A DNA stretch of 64,000 nucleotides, counting the filler, from Basidioascus undulatus (lineage: Eukaryota): the NCBI GenBank assembly GCA_000826855.1. It is 3 parts of 3 records of this genome, joined end to end, with 100 filler letters (N's around TTAATTAATTAA, not from the genome) between each part and the next. Parts side by side here need not be neighbours in the genome. Positions count along the whole stretch, not along the records: positions 21,725 to 43,331 come from JTLS01000327.1; positions 43,432 to 64,000 come from JTLS01000367.1; 1 more part is not named here. One strand, written 5' to 3'. Both the position numbers and the translations under genes were made by a program. How positions within the stretch are numbered: position 1 is the first letter of the stretch; each line of letters starts with the position of its first letter. Shown here in pieces: positions 38,303 through 52,009 of this stretch. The notes beneath the pieces were generated by a model, which saw nothing but the letters and a program-made list of their open reading frames with translations, did no database searches and was not told the DNA's origin.

Positions 38303-38835
38303 CGCAGCACGTCCGAGGTCTCTCTTGTTGTTTCTCTTCCCCGCATATTCTTGCTTCGCAGAGGCTTTGGACATCGTGGGAACCTTGTCGCCGGCCGTAT
38401 CGAGCTTGACTCTCAGCAACCTACTCCCCTTCTTGGACTTTACATTGTGCTACTGTCCGCATCCTTCTTTCGGTCCGTCTCGCATAAGCATGTCGTTGTA
38501 TTACTTTTTGTTCTCTGCACAACACCATGTAGCATTGTTTTATTCCAGTGGTCAGCGCACTCGCATGTCATTAAGCTGGCGGCCGTCTGCTCTGCACGAC
38601 CACGCCGCGCCGAATCAGGAAATTTGTGTTGGTATTGCATCGCATGAACATTGACCCGCTCGACGCGTGGTGAGTATAGCACAGGGCGATCCGAATGCTA
38701 CAAGGTGTGGCAAGGCAAGCAAGTAAATAAACAGAAAAAGGAACTTGCAGTGCGAGCGTGATGCAAAGAAGGCGGATGAAAGAGAAGAATGAAGGATGCC
38801 CGCGACGCTGGCGAAGGATTCACATAGTGGCGGAC

Positions 38836-41456
38836 TTAGCGGCCGGCACTCTGCGAGTCGGAAGATTAAGTAAGATAGATATCGAAGGACTGCAATCGAC
38901 TAGGGCGAGGAGCACGGACCTTGGGTGCTCTTGACGTGTCCAAGGGAGGCAGTACCCAGCCGTTTTTGCGCAGCGCAATGAGGTCCTGCGGGGGGATTTG
39001 CAATGAGCAATTGGTACTGGATTTGCCATGGGAAAGACATCCCACCTGGACCTTCAACCTCGTGCTGGCGCCCAACCTCGGTTCGTCCGCCTCGCTCTTC
39101 AGCCTCTCGAGGTACGCGTCCACCGCGTGGGCGTCCTGCGGCGTGTCGAGAAAGCTCCCCGCCGTGCCGAGGAGCATGACGAGCGCCCCGATGTCCTTGT
39201 CCGCTAGCCTGCGCGGGGCGCGGTCGGGACCGAGGATGCGCTCGATCACGAGCCGGCAGAAGCGCGCGCTCAGGAGCTGCAGGCGGCAGGCGTAGCCGAA
39301 GAAGCACATCAGGCCGAGGCCGTCGTCCTTCGGTGCGGAGGAGGGGCGGGAGGAGGTGTTTGCGGGGAGGGGCCATCGCGCGTCCAGAGCGAGAGTCGCT
39401 TCGGCTAGGAGGTACTTGCGGAGGAGGACGCCTTCGGCGAGCGGGTTGCCGGCTGCGTCGAGGTGCGCCGGATCCTCGATCGCGCGAGGGAGGACGGCGG
39501 AGAGGTCGGAGGTGAGGGTCTGCCGGGCGAAGGGTGGTGAGCACGAGGAGCTGGAGATCGTTCAGACAGCCGCCGCGCTCGACTCACAGCGTAGAGGTCG
39601 ACGTTCGGCAAGTCCGCGCACGCGCGCTCGATGACGAGCCGGACGAACTCGCGCAGCGGCCAGGGGTCGGGGACGAGGACGGACACGAAGGACGCGATCT
39701 GCTCGAGGACCCAGGACTGCTGCTGGTGGGGGCTTGTCGGGGGCATAGCGAGGCACCATCAGCGCAGGTCGAAGTGTGATGCGAAACAGGAGAAACTTAC
39801 AGCACCCCCAGGAGCTTGCTGATTGCCGCCGTCACGCGCGTCGGGATCGGGCGCGTGTCCTCCCCGTCGGGCGGGGCGAACGGCGTCTCGGATCCGCCGT
39901 TTGTCCGTGCGGCGCGGGCGTGGCGGTGGTGCTGATGGTGATGGAGGTGGTGATGGTGGCGGCACCCAGCGTGGTCGTGCGCGTCCGCCTCCCCATCCAT
40001 CATCTCCTCGTCCTCATCCTCCTCGTCCGCGACGTCCTCCTCCTCTTCATACTCCTCGCTCTCCCCATCGCCCATGCTCTCCTCGTCCGTGAAAGTCGTG
40101 ACGAGCTCCCCGCCGACCTCGCTCCCCTGCGCCTCGCGCACGCTGATCTCCGCGGGCGTGCGGAGGTGGAACGGCGCGAGGCTCCGGAGCGGGAGGGCCC
40201 ACGCGCGCGCGCGCGCGAGCACGCAGTCCATGAGCATCAGGCGCGCGCGCATACCCATCTCGGGCCGCTTCGCAAGGAGCTTCATGCTCGCGACGACGGC
40301 GTCGAACGTCTCGCGCGCGGGCGGGTGCTCGGACGCGGGATGGTCGAGCCGCGGCCCGAGCTGCGCGAATAGCCCGCAGAGGACCTCGATGTCGTCGGGG
40401 GAGGGGTCGGGCAGGTCTGCGAGCGAGCGCAGCGCGTCGAGGATCGCAGGGTGCGGGACGAGGTTGACCTTGTGCAGGGCGTCTAGGAGCCAGAACACGC
40501 CGTGGCGCATGCGCACGGGCGCGGCGAGCCCCTTCCACCCGAGCTCCGGGGGCGCGCGAGACGGGCCCATGGGCCGCAGCCGGAAGCAGATCACGAGCGT
40601 GTCGTTCTCGTGGAAGCCGGCGATGAGCTCCTGGTGGAAGAGCTCGTCCGCGGCCTCGTCCGAGCCCTCGACGGCGCCCCAAATTTCGGCGCGGATGCGC
40701 GCGGCGAGGAGGATGTACGCGTCCGCGTGCGCGAGACGCGGGCCCTCGTCTACCGCGCGCGCCCAGATCTCGCGCGCGGTGTTGCGGATCGTGTGCGCGC
40801 CCGGCTCGAGCTCCGCGGACGCGTTGAGGAGCTCGACCACGCGCGGCGCGAGCACGCTCCAGTTGTCCATCGTCAGCCGGTTCAGGAGGCTGCGCACGTT
40901 GCGCGTAAGGTACCGCGGCGAGAGCGGGGGCGTCTCGAACGCCTCGACGAGGTGGGGCGGGATGGACTGCGTGAGCCCGAGCGCGTGCGGGACAAAGCCG
41001 CACAGCGTCGGAACGAACGTCGCGATCTGCCGCGCGGGGCCGTCGCTGGAGGAGTGGGCGGAGGGGGAGGCGGACGGCGGGGAGGGGAGTGCCCCGGAGG
41101 GCGGCGGGAGGGAGTGCCCGTTCAGGAGGACCGGCGGCTGCGCGGGGTCGAGCGTCCAGTGCGCGTACGCCTGTGCCGACGCGGGCGGCAGGGGCTCGCG
41201 CGGGGAGAGCGAGTCCGGCACGGGCACGACATGCCCATTCGTTTGCTGTTCTGGGTGCATCTGGCGAGACAACAATGTCATCATGAGAAAAGCTGCTGCT
41301 GGTGGGACGCGTCTGAAGGAGGGCAAGAACGGGCGAACCTCGAGCACGCCCTCATCCTCGCGCACCCTTCCGTCCTGGTCGAACGCGACCGGCCCGCCAT
41401 CCAGCGCGCTCAGATGTTGCGGGACGTGGACGTTGTTGGTGGTGGTGTCGCTCTGT
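38836..41456 (-). CDS. Tandem eIF4G-like MIF4G-domain coding region (probably the 3' half of a fusion gene with the upstream LRR region)
   Basis: Domain 1: RNVRSLLNRLTMDNW...IWARAVDE...DIEVLCGLFAQLGPRLD...RARLMLMDCVLARARAW. Domain 2: FVRLVIERAC..PNVDLYA...GLMCFFG...DIGALVMLLGTAGSFLD...RLKVQ-DLIALRKNGWV. Confidence 0.8.
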
Positions 41457-41656
41457 CTGAGAAGGAGACGAGAAGGAGGGATTTCGCCGCCGGCACACAC
41501 CAACCAACACCATCATGCATCAGCGATACGGCGCCCATCATTGATGCGTGGAGGATAAAGAAGAAAAATGAAGCGTGCGAGCGAGCGAGAGAGCATGCCA
41601 TCCCTCCCCGCGCCCCACCCTCACAATCCGTGTGCCCACTCTCCCCCCACCCCCCT

Positions 41657-41672
41657 CGCGCGCGCGCGCGCG
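41657..41672. repeat. (CG)8 alternating tract inside a G-rich putative intron
   Basis: cgcgcgcgcgcgcgcg flanked by C-runs (G-runs on the minus strand). Confidence 0.9.
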
Positions 41673-41699
41673 CCGCCCCGAAAGGGAGGGAACGACTAC

Positions 41700-43317
41700 T
41701 CACCCCCCCACCGTCAAGCCCTCCACGCCCCGTCGCACATCCTCCATCGACCCCTGGCTCTGGCTCGGGACCTGGACCTGCTGCTGCTGGGCGCGGACGC
41801 CCCCGCGCCGGACGAACTCGCGCATGCGCCGGACCTCCTCCTCGACGCGGTCGAGGACGATCCCGCAGAAGGCCTCGCCGTCGCGCAGGAGGTCGCCGTC
41901 CGCTGCGGGCGGGGCGGCGAAGGCGGCTTCGAGCGAGCGCGTCGTGGACTCTTGCAGGGAGGCGAAGAGCTTGGCGGTGCTTCGGCGGAGGGCGGAGGAG
42001 GCTGGGAGGGGAAGGCTGGATGCGAGGAGGCGGTCAGCGCCTTGTGGGAGGGGAAAATGAGGAGACACCCACGTCTCGGTCGCGGCGGGTTCGGAGGAGT
42101 CGTGCGACTCGTCCAGCATCTCCTGATCTTGATCCTGATCCAGCTCCTCGTCTTCGCCCTCGCTCTCCTCCTCCTCGTCCAGGGGCTCGGCGTCCGATAC
42201 CCATACCCACTTGCCCCCCTCCGCCATTACCCACTCCCGATCCTCCTCGATGCCCCCCTCGCCTTCGCTGGCGCCGGGCCTCCACGCCTCCTCGACCTCC
42301 CACCTCTGCCAGTCGCTCGGCGGGCCGACGTCCGCGCCGAGCCCGAGCACCTCGACGAGGCCCAGCCCGTCGCGCTCCTTGCCCCAGGACTTGCCGTCGA
42401 TCTCGAGGCGGGAGAGGTGGGGAAAGAGGGGCAGGAAGTGCATAAAGTACGCGCGGAAGGGCATGCTCGTCGCGTCGTCCGCGCCGTCCGCGGGCGGGGC
42501 GAGGCGCGGATGGCGCGCGGGCGGGAAGGAGCCGGTGAGGAGGAGGGTGTGGAGGTTGCGGGAGGGGTGGATGAGGTGGAAGAGGCCGTGCGGGGACGTG
42601 GGCGGGGTGTTCTTGATTTCCACGGAGCGTAGCTCGGCGAGGGAGACGGTGCAGGACGAGAGGAACGCCTCGCCCTCTGCGGGCGAGCACTCACCCAGGG
42701 AGACGGAGACGAGGCGGAGATGTTGCAGCGCGGGGTTGCGCGAGAGGAGGTGCGAGAGCGAGCGCGCGGAGAAGGAGGGGAGGTGCGTGAGCGTGAGGGA
42801 CGTTAGGAGCGTTAGGTGCGTGGCTGCAGGTGGGTGCAGGGAGGCACCTATGAATCGCCAGGAGAGATGGGAGAGGGATAGGTGCGAGAGCGTTGGGGGC
42901 AGTTTTTGGAAGAGCGAGGGGGGGAGGTAGATGGATGGCAGGGAGAGCTGGGGGGTGGGGGTCAGCGACATTCACGCTTTTACCCATCCAGGTACCACAA
43001 CCCCGGAAAAGACACTCACATCCAGTCCTCTGAGCCCGCTTGCCCGCTCCACACACCTCCCAATGAGCCGTCCAAGCCGGCCATCGCCCCGTCCGCCTAC
43101 GCTGGCCTCGCCTCGCCAATGGCTAGCCTCTGTCCAGTCCCCCTCGACCTTGAACCACTTGAGCGCCTGCGCAGGCGTCCAGTCGCGCTCGAGGTATTCT
43201 GCGTACGCGACTACCGCGGCGAGGGTGGGGAGGTGGAGGGCGACGGGGGGCGGAGTCGTGCGGTAGAGGGAGGAGGAGGAGGAGGTGAGGGAGATGGGGA
43301 GAGATGCATGAGAGGAA
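41700..43317 (-). CDS. RNI-like leucine-rich-repeat coding region (F-box/LRR-type), 5' end lost at contig end
   Basis: Repeats LRGLD-LSL, LPPTLSHLSLSHL, LTSLTLTHL, NPALQHLRLVSV, LRSVEI, LHTLLLTG, FPHLSRLEI, followed by an acidic tract. Confidence 0.7.
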
Positions 43318-43331
43318 CTGGAAAAAGTATT

Positions 43332-43431
43332 NNNNNNNNNNNNNNNNNNNNNNNNNNNNNNNNNNNNNNNNNNNNTTAATTAATTAANNNNNNNNNNNNN
43401 NNNNNNNNNNNNNNNNNNNNNNNNNNNNNNN
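43332..43431. other. Artificial contig-joining spacer (N44-TTAATTAATTAA-N44)
   Basis: Same 100-nt linker as at 21625. Confidence 0.97.
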
Positions 43432-43842
43432 GGCGGAGACTCGCCTGCGATCCCGAAGAAGTCGCTCGAGTCCGCGCCCGCAGAATCCGAGGCGGAGGCA
43501 GCGCCCACGACGCCGCCTCCCGCAGCGACCGAGGAGGCCGAGGCGGAGGCGTACCACTCGACAAACCCGACGCCCGTCAACTCGCCCATCGCGTTCAAGC
43601 TGCGCCCGCTCAACCCCGAGGGGGACGCACCCGAGCGCGAGCCTGCCGCGCCCGGCGCGGCGCAGTACGCTGCCGAGGAGGACGAGAGCGAGACGGTCAT
43701 CGGCCGCGCTGCGGAGATCGTCAGCACCGCACGCGACCTCATGAACGCGCTGTGGAGCGTCGGGATGGGCGGTGGGGCGGAGCGGAGTACGGGTCCCGCT
43801 CCTGCGGCGGCCGCGGCCGCGGCCGCGGCTGAGAAGGAGTAA
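43432..43842 (+). CDS. 3' end of an unidentified gene cut by contig start
   Basis: Open, GC3-rich frame GDSPAIPKKS...VIGRAAEIVSTARDLMNALWSVGMG...AAAAEKE*, followed by pyrimidine-rich 3'UTR-like sequence. Confidence 0.65.
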   Translation, partial: GGDSPAIPKKSLESAPAESEAEAAPTTPPPAATEEAEAEAYHSTNPTPVNSPIAFKLRPLNPEGDAPEREPAAPGAAQYAAEEDESETVIGRAAEIVSTARDLMNALWSVGMGGGAERSTGPAPAAAAAAAAAEKE

Positions 43843-45440
43843 TGAGGGATTGGGACTGCAGCTGGGATTCGGGGTGGGGGATCGCGTTGGCACTGGTTTG
43901 GCATCGGCTTTATTTCCTTTCTGCTTTCTCCTCATTTTGCCTCTGCTCTCCTCATCGTCACCCGCAGTACTTTCTTCCTTCTTCGGGCCTTGAGTTAACT
44001 TCTCTTCGCTTTGAAGTGTGCTTGTTGATCATTCTTTTGCTCGTTCTCATTACTATCATCCATTACTGCTGTCATGATGCTATGGCCTATGGGAACGTCG
44101 GACGAGTGCGAAGCGGTTCGAGATGATGGCTGCTGCCCAAGCAGAGGGGTCCTGCGAGGTCGTGAATTTTGGGGTGTGGTACCATTTCGGTAATCAATGG
44201 CAGGGTAGGTCCTTGCAGAAAAGGAGGCTGTTGCACAAAAAGAATGCTCAAGGTCACGGTTGCGTTACGAATCCGCGCACGCAGCCCAGTACTGACCATC
44301 GGCAAGACTGACCATCGGCACGTCAGCAAGTCTGCGCAGTGCCAACGATGCCAACGACCCTGCCTCATCATCACTTGACGTCCTCAACAAGATATAACAT
44401 CTTAGTCGGAGAACCCTTGTTGATGGAACAGATGCGGCTGCTAGTTAAGTGTCAACGGCCCGGCTCATGAAGAGGTGTACGACACCCTCAGGCTTCAAGC
44501 CGAAGCGTTGACAGCCGTGACCCTCATCGCACATACTTAAGGTAGATTTGCTTTGTACAAGTATGAGATTTGCTTTATCATAAGCATGAGATTGTCGCAG
44601 GTACCTTGTTTCATTCGTGTTCATTCGTATCCAGCGTCCACACGCACCAGAATGAAGGATCCCGGTTCGAAGGTGACTGTGTGCCCTGCTCCATGAAAGA
44701 AACATCTTCCGCCTTCTGGTTTAAAAGATAGACCAAACTTATTCTCTAGGTTTATTTGTGAGAAACACCGTACACGGAAAGTGTGGACCGCTGCAGCTCA
44801 TGCCAACCGGTGGGCGAAAGTAGGTGGAAGGCCCATCTGATTTTGCGATCTTGGGGAAGCACCGTCTTCTGTCGTACATCTGCGGTTATCGGTACTTTTG
44901 GGAAACATATGCTCCGAATGTTGGGCAGATCCCCACGGTGTGCTCACGATGCTTCAGGAAAACAAGAGCTCCGGTGAAACTTGTAAGAGAAATTTGCGCA
45001 AATGCGGCAAGATCCCGCGCCATCCATAAACCGCGCATCTCCGGGCCGTTCCCCACAGGACCCCGCTCACACCCCACGGAGGCCCAAGAAAGAGCAACAC
45101 TATTTTTGTGCATTGTACTCTCCGGAGTACGGACCGGCCAGCTTCCGCTTTCATTTCGCTGCGTTTCGCGGTGTGAGATGGCTTTGCCCGATGGCCAAGG
45201 GCGGTTATAACCGTTATCCCTTGCTCTCCCTGCGAACATACTAGTAGGTGGAAAAGGTTTGCGATGCTCAGCAGATTGAGTGGGCCTCCGCACTGCCCCT
45301 GACGAAATGGAGAGAAAGCCGGACCACCCGGATCGGAGATGAACCTCTCGAAGCAATGCGAAGTCGTCAGAAAGCAGCTTGCCTCTCTTATTCTCCCCGC
45401 CCAGCTTCTCTCTGCTTGTTCTTTGTACGACCCCAACGCC

Positions 45441-48400
45441 ATGCACCACGTCAAGGACACGCCGACGAAGAGCGAGTTGGCTCAGCAAGAACTTGGACCT
45501 GGCGACACGCTCGACCTAGAAAACTACGACCCGTATGCAGAGTTCGGCGGAGAGGAGGAGAGGAGGAAGCTAGAGAAGCGCTTGCTGCTCAAGTTGGACC
45601 TGCGGTGAGTTCTCGGACGTTGATAGAGCCCCGGCTTTGATATGCTAAACTCCTGCCAAACAGCATGTCCATCCTCATCATCAGTGCGTGACCTCGTCGC
45701 GACATTGCGAACCTATCGCTGGACACCGAGGTTGACTTGTTACTTGGTGAATAGTTTACATCCTCAAGTAAGTATAATGAGAGACCATAGTTTAAAAAAA
45801 TGACTGACTTGAAATCCCCAGTTACATTGACCGGAAGTGCGTATCGTGGATAATCACCGCCAGAGGAAGTCTGCGGCTGACCGTGGCCGCCTCGCTACAG
45901 CAACGCCTCTGCCGCTCGTCTGCGGGGCTTCGAGACGGACCTCGGACTGAAGGGGGAGCAGTTTGCGACAATTTTAAGTATTCTCTATGTTGGATACATC
46001 CTGATGTAAGTCTTCTGGCCTCTATGCTGGTGCAAGTGAGCTGATGTCGTTCGCCTTCCCCCTCAGGCAAGTGCCTTCGAACATGCTCCTCGCATGGATG
46101 GGCAAGCCGTCACTATACTTGCCGTACATCTTTAATCGGTTAGCCGGGCATACTTTCAATCGCTAATAAATATCATTTTAGGATCTGCGTCGCAATCTGG
46201 GGCACCATCAGGTCAGTGTCCGCTGCCGTTCGCAGTCGTCGCCTTGTGCTGATGTCGCGGTGCAGCATCCTGACTGGCATAACTCAAAATTTCGTCGGAG
46301 CTTTGTTGACGGTTTGTCTGGGTCAAGATTTCATAAACAGTTACTAATTTCGGATTCCTGATGCAGCGCTTTATGTTGGGTTTCGTCGAGGCGGCCTTCT
46401 TCCCCGGGTATCCTTCACGCAAAGTCCGCCATGCTTTCCGCCATCGTGCTGACAGCTCCACTCGCGGGAACAGAGCATTGTTCTTGTTGAGCAAGTGGTA
46501 CAAGCGAGAGGTAAGGGTCATTTGAGTGATTTGGGAGCAACCGCTGATGGTGTACGGTCCAGGAACTTGGTCTTCGTACCGCGCTGTTGTACTGTGGAAA
46601 CTTGATCTCAAAGTGAGTTGTACATGTAGTTTTATCGTCCCTTGACAACACTAATGATCATGCTCTTCACCCCAGCGCTTTTGGTCCACTTATTGCGTAG
46701 GATTTCTCGGTTTCGTGTTCAAGGCTCTGGTGTTGCTGATGGGACGCCCACGCAGTGCCGGCATCCTCGACACGATGGAGGGGAAGCTTGGCAACCGAGC
46801 ATGGAGGTACATCATACCTGCCTTTTCCGTCATCTCAGGTCAAGCTGAACCGATTCAACAGATGGCTGTTCTTCATCGAGGGTGCCATGACGGTTTTCGT
46901 AGCCATTCTTGCGATTGCTATTCTCCCGGACTTCCCGTACGCCCCTTTTTCCCTGATATTTCACAAGTCGTTTGGTGATCTTGATTCTGGATCTATTGCA
47001 GTGAAACTGTGAGCCATTCCTCCTCACGTCCGGTGAGGTAATTAACGCTAACATGCTGTGACCCAGTCACGCTTCCTGAGCCCCGCTGGTAGGTGGACAT
47101 TACCCACGCGCTCATACCCTTGGCTGACATTCTTTTCCAGAGCGGAAGCTGGCTATCCTGCGGATGGCCGAGGACACTGGAAAGACGGACCAGCAGGCAG
47201 TCGGGGAAGGTGTATTCGTGGGGTTCAAACTTGCCATGTTGGACAACAAGGTGAGAGCGCGTACGACGGCGCAGTCTGCTTCAAGAACACTGACCAAGTT
47301 TGTCCTGCAGGTTTGGATGCTTGCTCTTGGATGTACGGGAAGCTTTCCCCCTTCACTTCGATATTTGACTCACCTCTTACATACAGTGACTGCGCAGGTT
47401 GTCGGCCTGAGCTTCAACGCGTAAGTGTTGTCCATTTTTGCGAACGTGGTCCAAACGTTGAGCAAGGTGGTCTCCTGACAGCTATTTCCCGACCCTCACG
47501 TCGACGTTGGGGTACTCTCGTACCATTTCTCTCCTCCTTTGCGCCCCGCGTGCGTGCGCTTCTGGTCGTTCTGTCGGTCCAACTGCTGATTCGACAGCGC
47601 CTATTCAGCTTGGTTCTTCGCTACCATCTGCGCCTTCGTGTGGGCACGCCACTCTGACAAGACGTAAGAACATCGTGATTCTCTGCTTCTCACAGCAATC
47701 CTAACCTTGCCTGGCTCTCAGGCTCGAGCGCACCTGGCACATCACAGCGTCTCTCTGCATCGGCCTTGTTGGCTTTATTATTGGAATGTCCACGCAAATC
47801 ACTGGCGCCCGCTACGTTGCGCTTTTCCTTCAGGCCCAAAGCTATTCGTATGTGGCCCTCCTTTTTGATTGCTTCGCAGTTTCTAACAACGTAGGAACAC
47901 AGTGGCTTCATTTGCTACTTCGCGTGGAGTGAGTTATCCCCTGTTGTCTTCCCCTGCTCGATCGCATTGGTCGGCTAACCTGTGTCAACCCCATAGTGTC
48001 GAACTCGATCATCCGTCCGGTCTCGAAGAGAGCGGTCGCCCTAGCCTTCATTAACGCTTTCTCGCAGCTGGGCAACGTTGCAGGGAGCTATGGCACGTTT
48101 GTCCCCGGTGCTTCTCATGTTCCTTTGCTGACATCAGATGCTCAACAGTCTGGTCCGACCACTGGAAACCGTCCTGTACGTACCCTCTCCAAACATTGCT
48201 GTTTCTTGCTCTGAACGGGACTTGCAGTCCTCAACTCATACGCCATAACGACCTCCTGCTTCGGCGCCGCGCTCCTCATCATCTTCAGCTTCCGCCTCGT
48301 CCTCATGCGAATCAACAAGCAGATCGAGGCTATCGAGGCTGTCTACCCTGGTGACCCGTGGGATGCTCCGACTGAGGATGGTGAGCCTCGAGACGAGGCG

Positions 48401-48499
48401 CTGAACGTCAAGCGAGGCTTCCGGTACGTCCTCTTGTTCCTCAGCTGCGTGCTTCCGCGAGCTGAGCAAGATGGGCGGGCCTCCAGCTACGCACTGTGA
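45441..48499 (+). CDS. MFS transporter, anion:cation symporter (Dal5/Tna1-like) family, about 27 exons
   Basis: Motifs LLLKLDLR, YILNYIDRNNASAARL, QVPSNM, RFMLGFVEAAFFPG..LSKWYKRE-ELGLR, WRWLFFIEG, LPDFP, KRAVALAFIN, and terminal GFRYAL*. Confidence 0.93.
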
Positions 48500-49934
48500 T
48501 AGGAAACATTGGAACAGAGATAAATGGGCCTGTGTGATCTTGTTGCGCCTGGTCTGAACGTCGCCCAACGTGCGAGCCCCGACGATTGCGGCAGGGTGCA
48601 AGTTGATATTGCAAGTCAGCGCGATGGTTCATTAGGCTCACTCGGAGCTTGTTTTGTTGAGCAAGATATTTGGACTTGGAATGAAAATTATTCCCATTTG
48701 GAAGCCTTGGACGTCTGGTGAGATGCTGTTCACCAGGGCCGAGGTTTGCCGACGGCATGTTGGTTCGCGGGCTCTCACACTCGCTTAGTGGGCAATAGAC
48801 CTTCAGTCTCACCATTTCGAAAAGGTTTACTTTCCACCTATTCTCTCAGTGACAATCCTCCAGTGGGGAACGGGTCTGGGTCTGCCTTTACAAGAGACTG
48901 TTGTTCGCAAGCTCAGAAGACGCGAACATGCTACTTGGCCAACACGTTCCTTATCTGGGGATTAAAGGCGTCCATTTTAATGACAACAATTGTCTCCTCC
49001 AGAGTTATAGACTCTGAGGTTCCTCCCAATATCGTCAGCGTTCAACGTATTAAGTTGAATGGCACGGTGAACGCGGACGTAGGTCGCGTAACTTTTGGAC
49101 CGATGCAAGTGCCAAGTCGACTTTCTAAAGACTTTCCCGGTCACTTTTTGTGCAGTGACGATGCCTCAGAAGCATCCACTTTCAGATCTGGTGAAAGCGT
49201 TTGTGCATATGCAATCAGGAGCACAGGCCGGCCTGGTCGAATAGCGAACAGCCTGTTGGGGGTAATAAAAGTGGTATCAAGACTAATAGAGAATATGCTA
49301 GGCGCCCCCGGACGTACAGAGCGAAGGTGACTCTGGAGGCAGTGATTAGCACAGCGGAACAGGAACAGGTCAAACAAAACGCCTGCAAAGCATCCCAGCT
49401 GCACCTTCACGTCATCTTTGCTTCCACCGTTTCTTTCACTCAGCTGGCTCAATGATTTTCTGCTACTACGTGTAACATGAGCTTGCACAACCACTCGACC
49501 GGGGCTTTGGGCAGACAGTTCTACGCACGCCAAACGCCGCGTGCGTGCGTGGCCAATCGACCCTCAAACTCGCGGTCCCCCTCCAGCAGTACTTTGCGTG
49601 TCAAAAAGTACACAAAAAGTGGTTCACAAAACACGTGTCCAGGAATTTGAATGTGTTGGTTCAGACGTGCGTGTCTAGGCGGGTGTTTTGATGTTTTGGG
49701 TGGGTGCGACGTGTGCGCCGGACCTGGGACCCAGGGGGCCTTGCCAGCTCGCGGGCGCGCCGTCGTTCCCTCGCCGTTGCGGCTTGACCTCTTCCTCTTT
49801 CTCGCCGCTCGAAACCCCTCCTCGCCCGTCCGCGTATTCTTCCCCGCCCGCACATCCCCTCGATATCCCCCGAGGCGGCCCCCTGAAACCCCCACCTTCG
49901 CACCCGCTCTTTTCCTTCCCCCGACCGCACAACA

Positions 49935-51092
<1,158 letters not shown>

Positions 51093-52009
51093 ACGGCTTG
51101 CCCGGCTCCCTTCTCTTCCTCTTGCCCGTCCCGTCACGACCCTTCCACGTCCCTTGAGAACCTCAACTCCGTCTCGTCCCTCGTCCCTCCGTCTCTCGTT
51201 CCGCATGTTCCGAACAAACGCCCATCACGCTTGCCGCCGCCTAACAACTGTCTTGCGTCGACGCGTCCGGGCTCCTGTACCTACCCCCCTCCCTCAAGCA
51301 TCGTTTCTCGCGTTTACTATTCCCCCCTACAGCTCTTACACACTTATCCTTTAGCTTAGGTGTGGTCGTCTCGATTTTCCTTTCACTTGGTCGTTTCTTT
51401 TTTCAACTCTAAACCTCGTTTCTGCTGCTTCAACAAAATTGCTGTGTCGCTTGAGTAGACGGTTGCTGGCCGCGGCCTTCGCTATACACGGCGCCCAAAC
51501 GCGAGCTGGTGTGCCACTCGCCATCAGAGAATCAGATACCTCGTGACGTCTGTTCTTAGTTTGCACCACAACACTTCCAAAAGTGAGGGGAGCAGTAATA
51601 AGTACTGATGGCTGCCTCGATCAGCTGCTCATCCAGCTGCCCGTCGTATTCCTGTGGGACCTTCAGCTGATCTTGCGTGTGGGACACATCGTGTTAACGT
51701 CCAACACAGATTTGTATCGTCTTTTAATGTCTCTCACACCGGAAGTGCAAGTCTATGGGCTTGGAAGGCGGCATTTGGACCCACGAATCACATCGCCGTC
51801 ACCGTAGAACCTCGTTCTCGCTGCGTCCACCCACAACGCAAATTGTATGCTTCCGCCCGCAGATCACATCGTGCCGTGTTCTTGTGCGCGATAAACGACC
51901 TCTTGCCGTTCTTAACCTGGTTGGCTTTCACACTCCAACGCCACCCGAAGTATCCCTTCACAGTCTGAAAGCGTTGTTCACACCGCCTACATTCTCAAAC
52001 ACATCCACA

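Noticed and set aside
40074..42930. Long plus-strand ORFs (494, 647 and 354 aa)
   Set aside because: Antisense shadows of GC-rich coding sequence on the minus strand; low-complexity translations with no motifs.
44291..44320. Direct repeat ACTGACCATCGGCA x2 (and GACACAGCCA x2 near 3269)
   Set aside because: Two-copy local duplications with no array structure or spacers; not CRISPR-like.
46408..46473. Donor GTATCCTT resembling a U12-type 5' splice site
   Set aside because: The branch site is ordinary GCTGAC with no TCCTTAAC, and the minor spliceosome is not known from Dikarya; likely chance.
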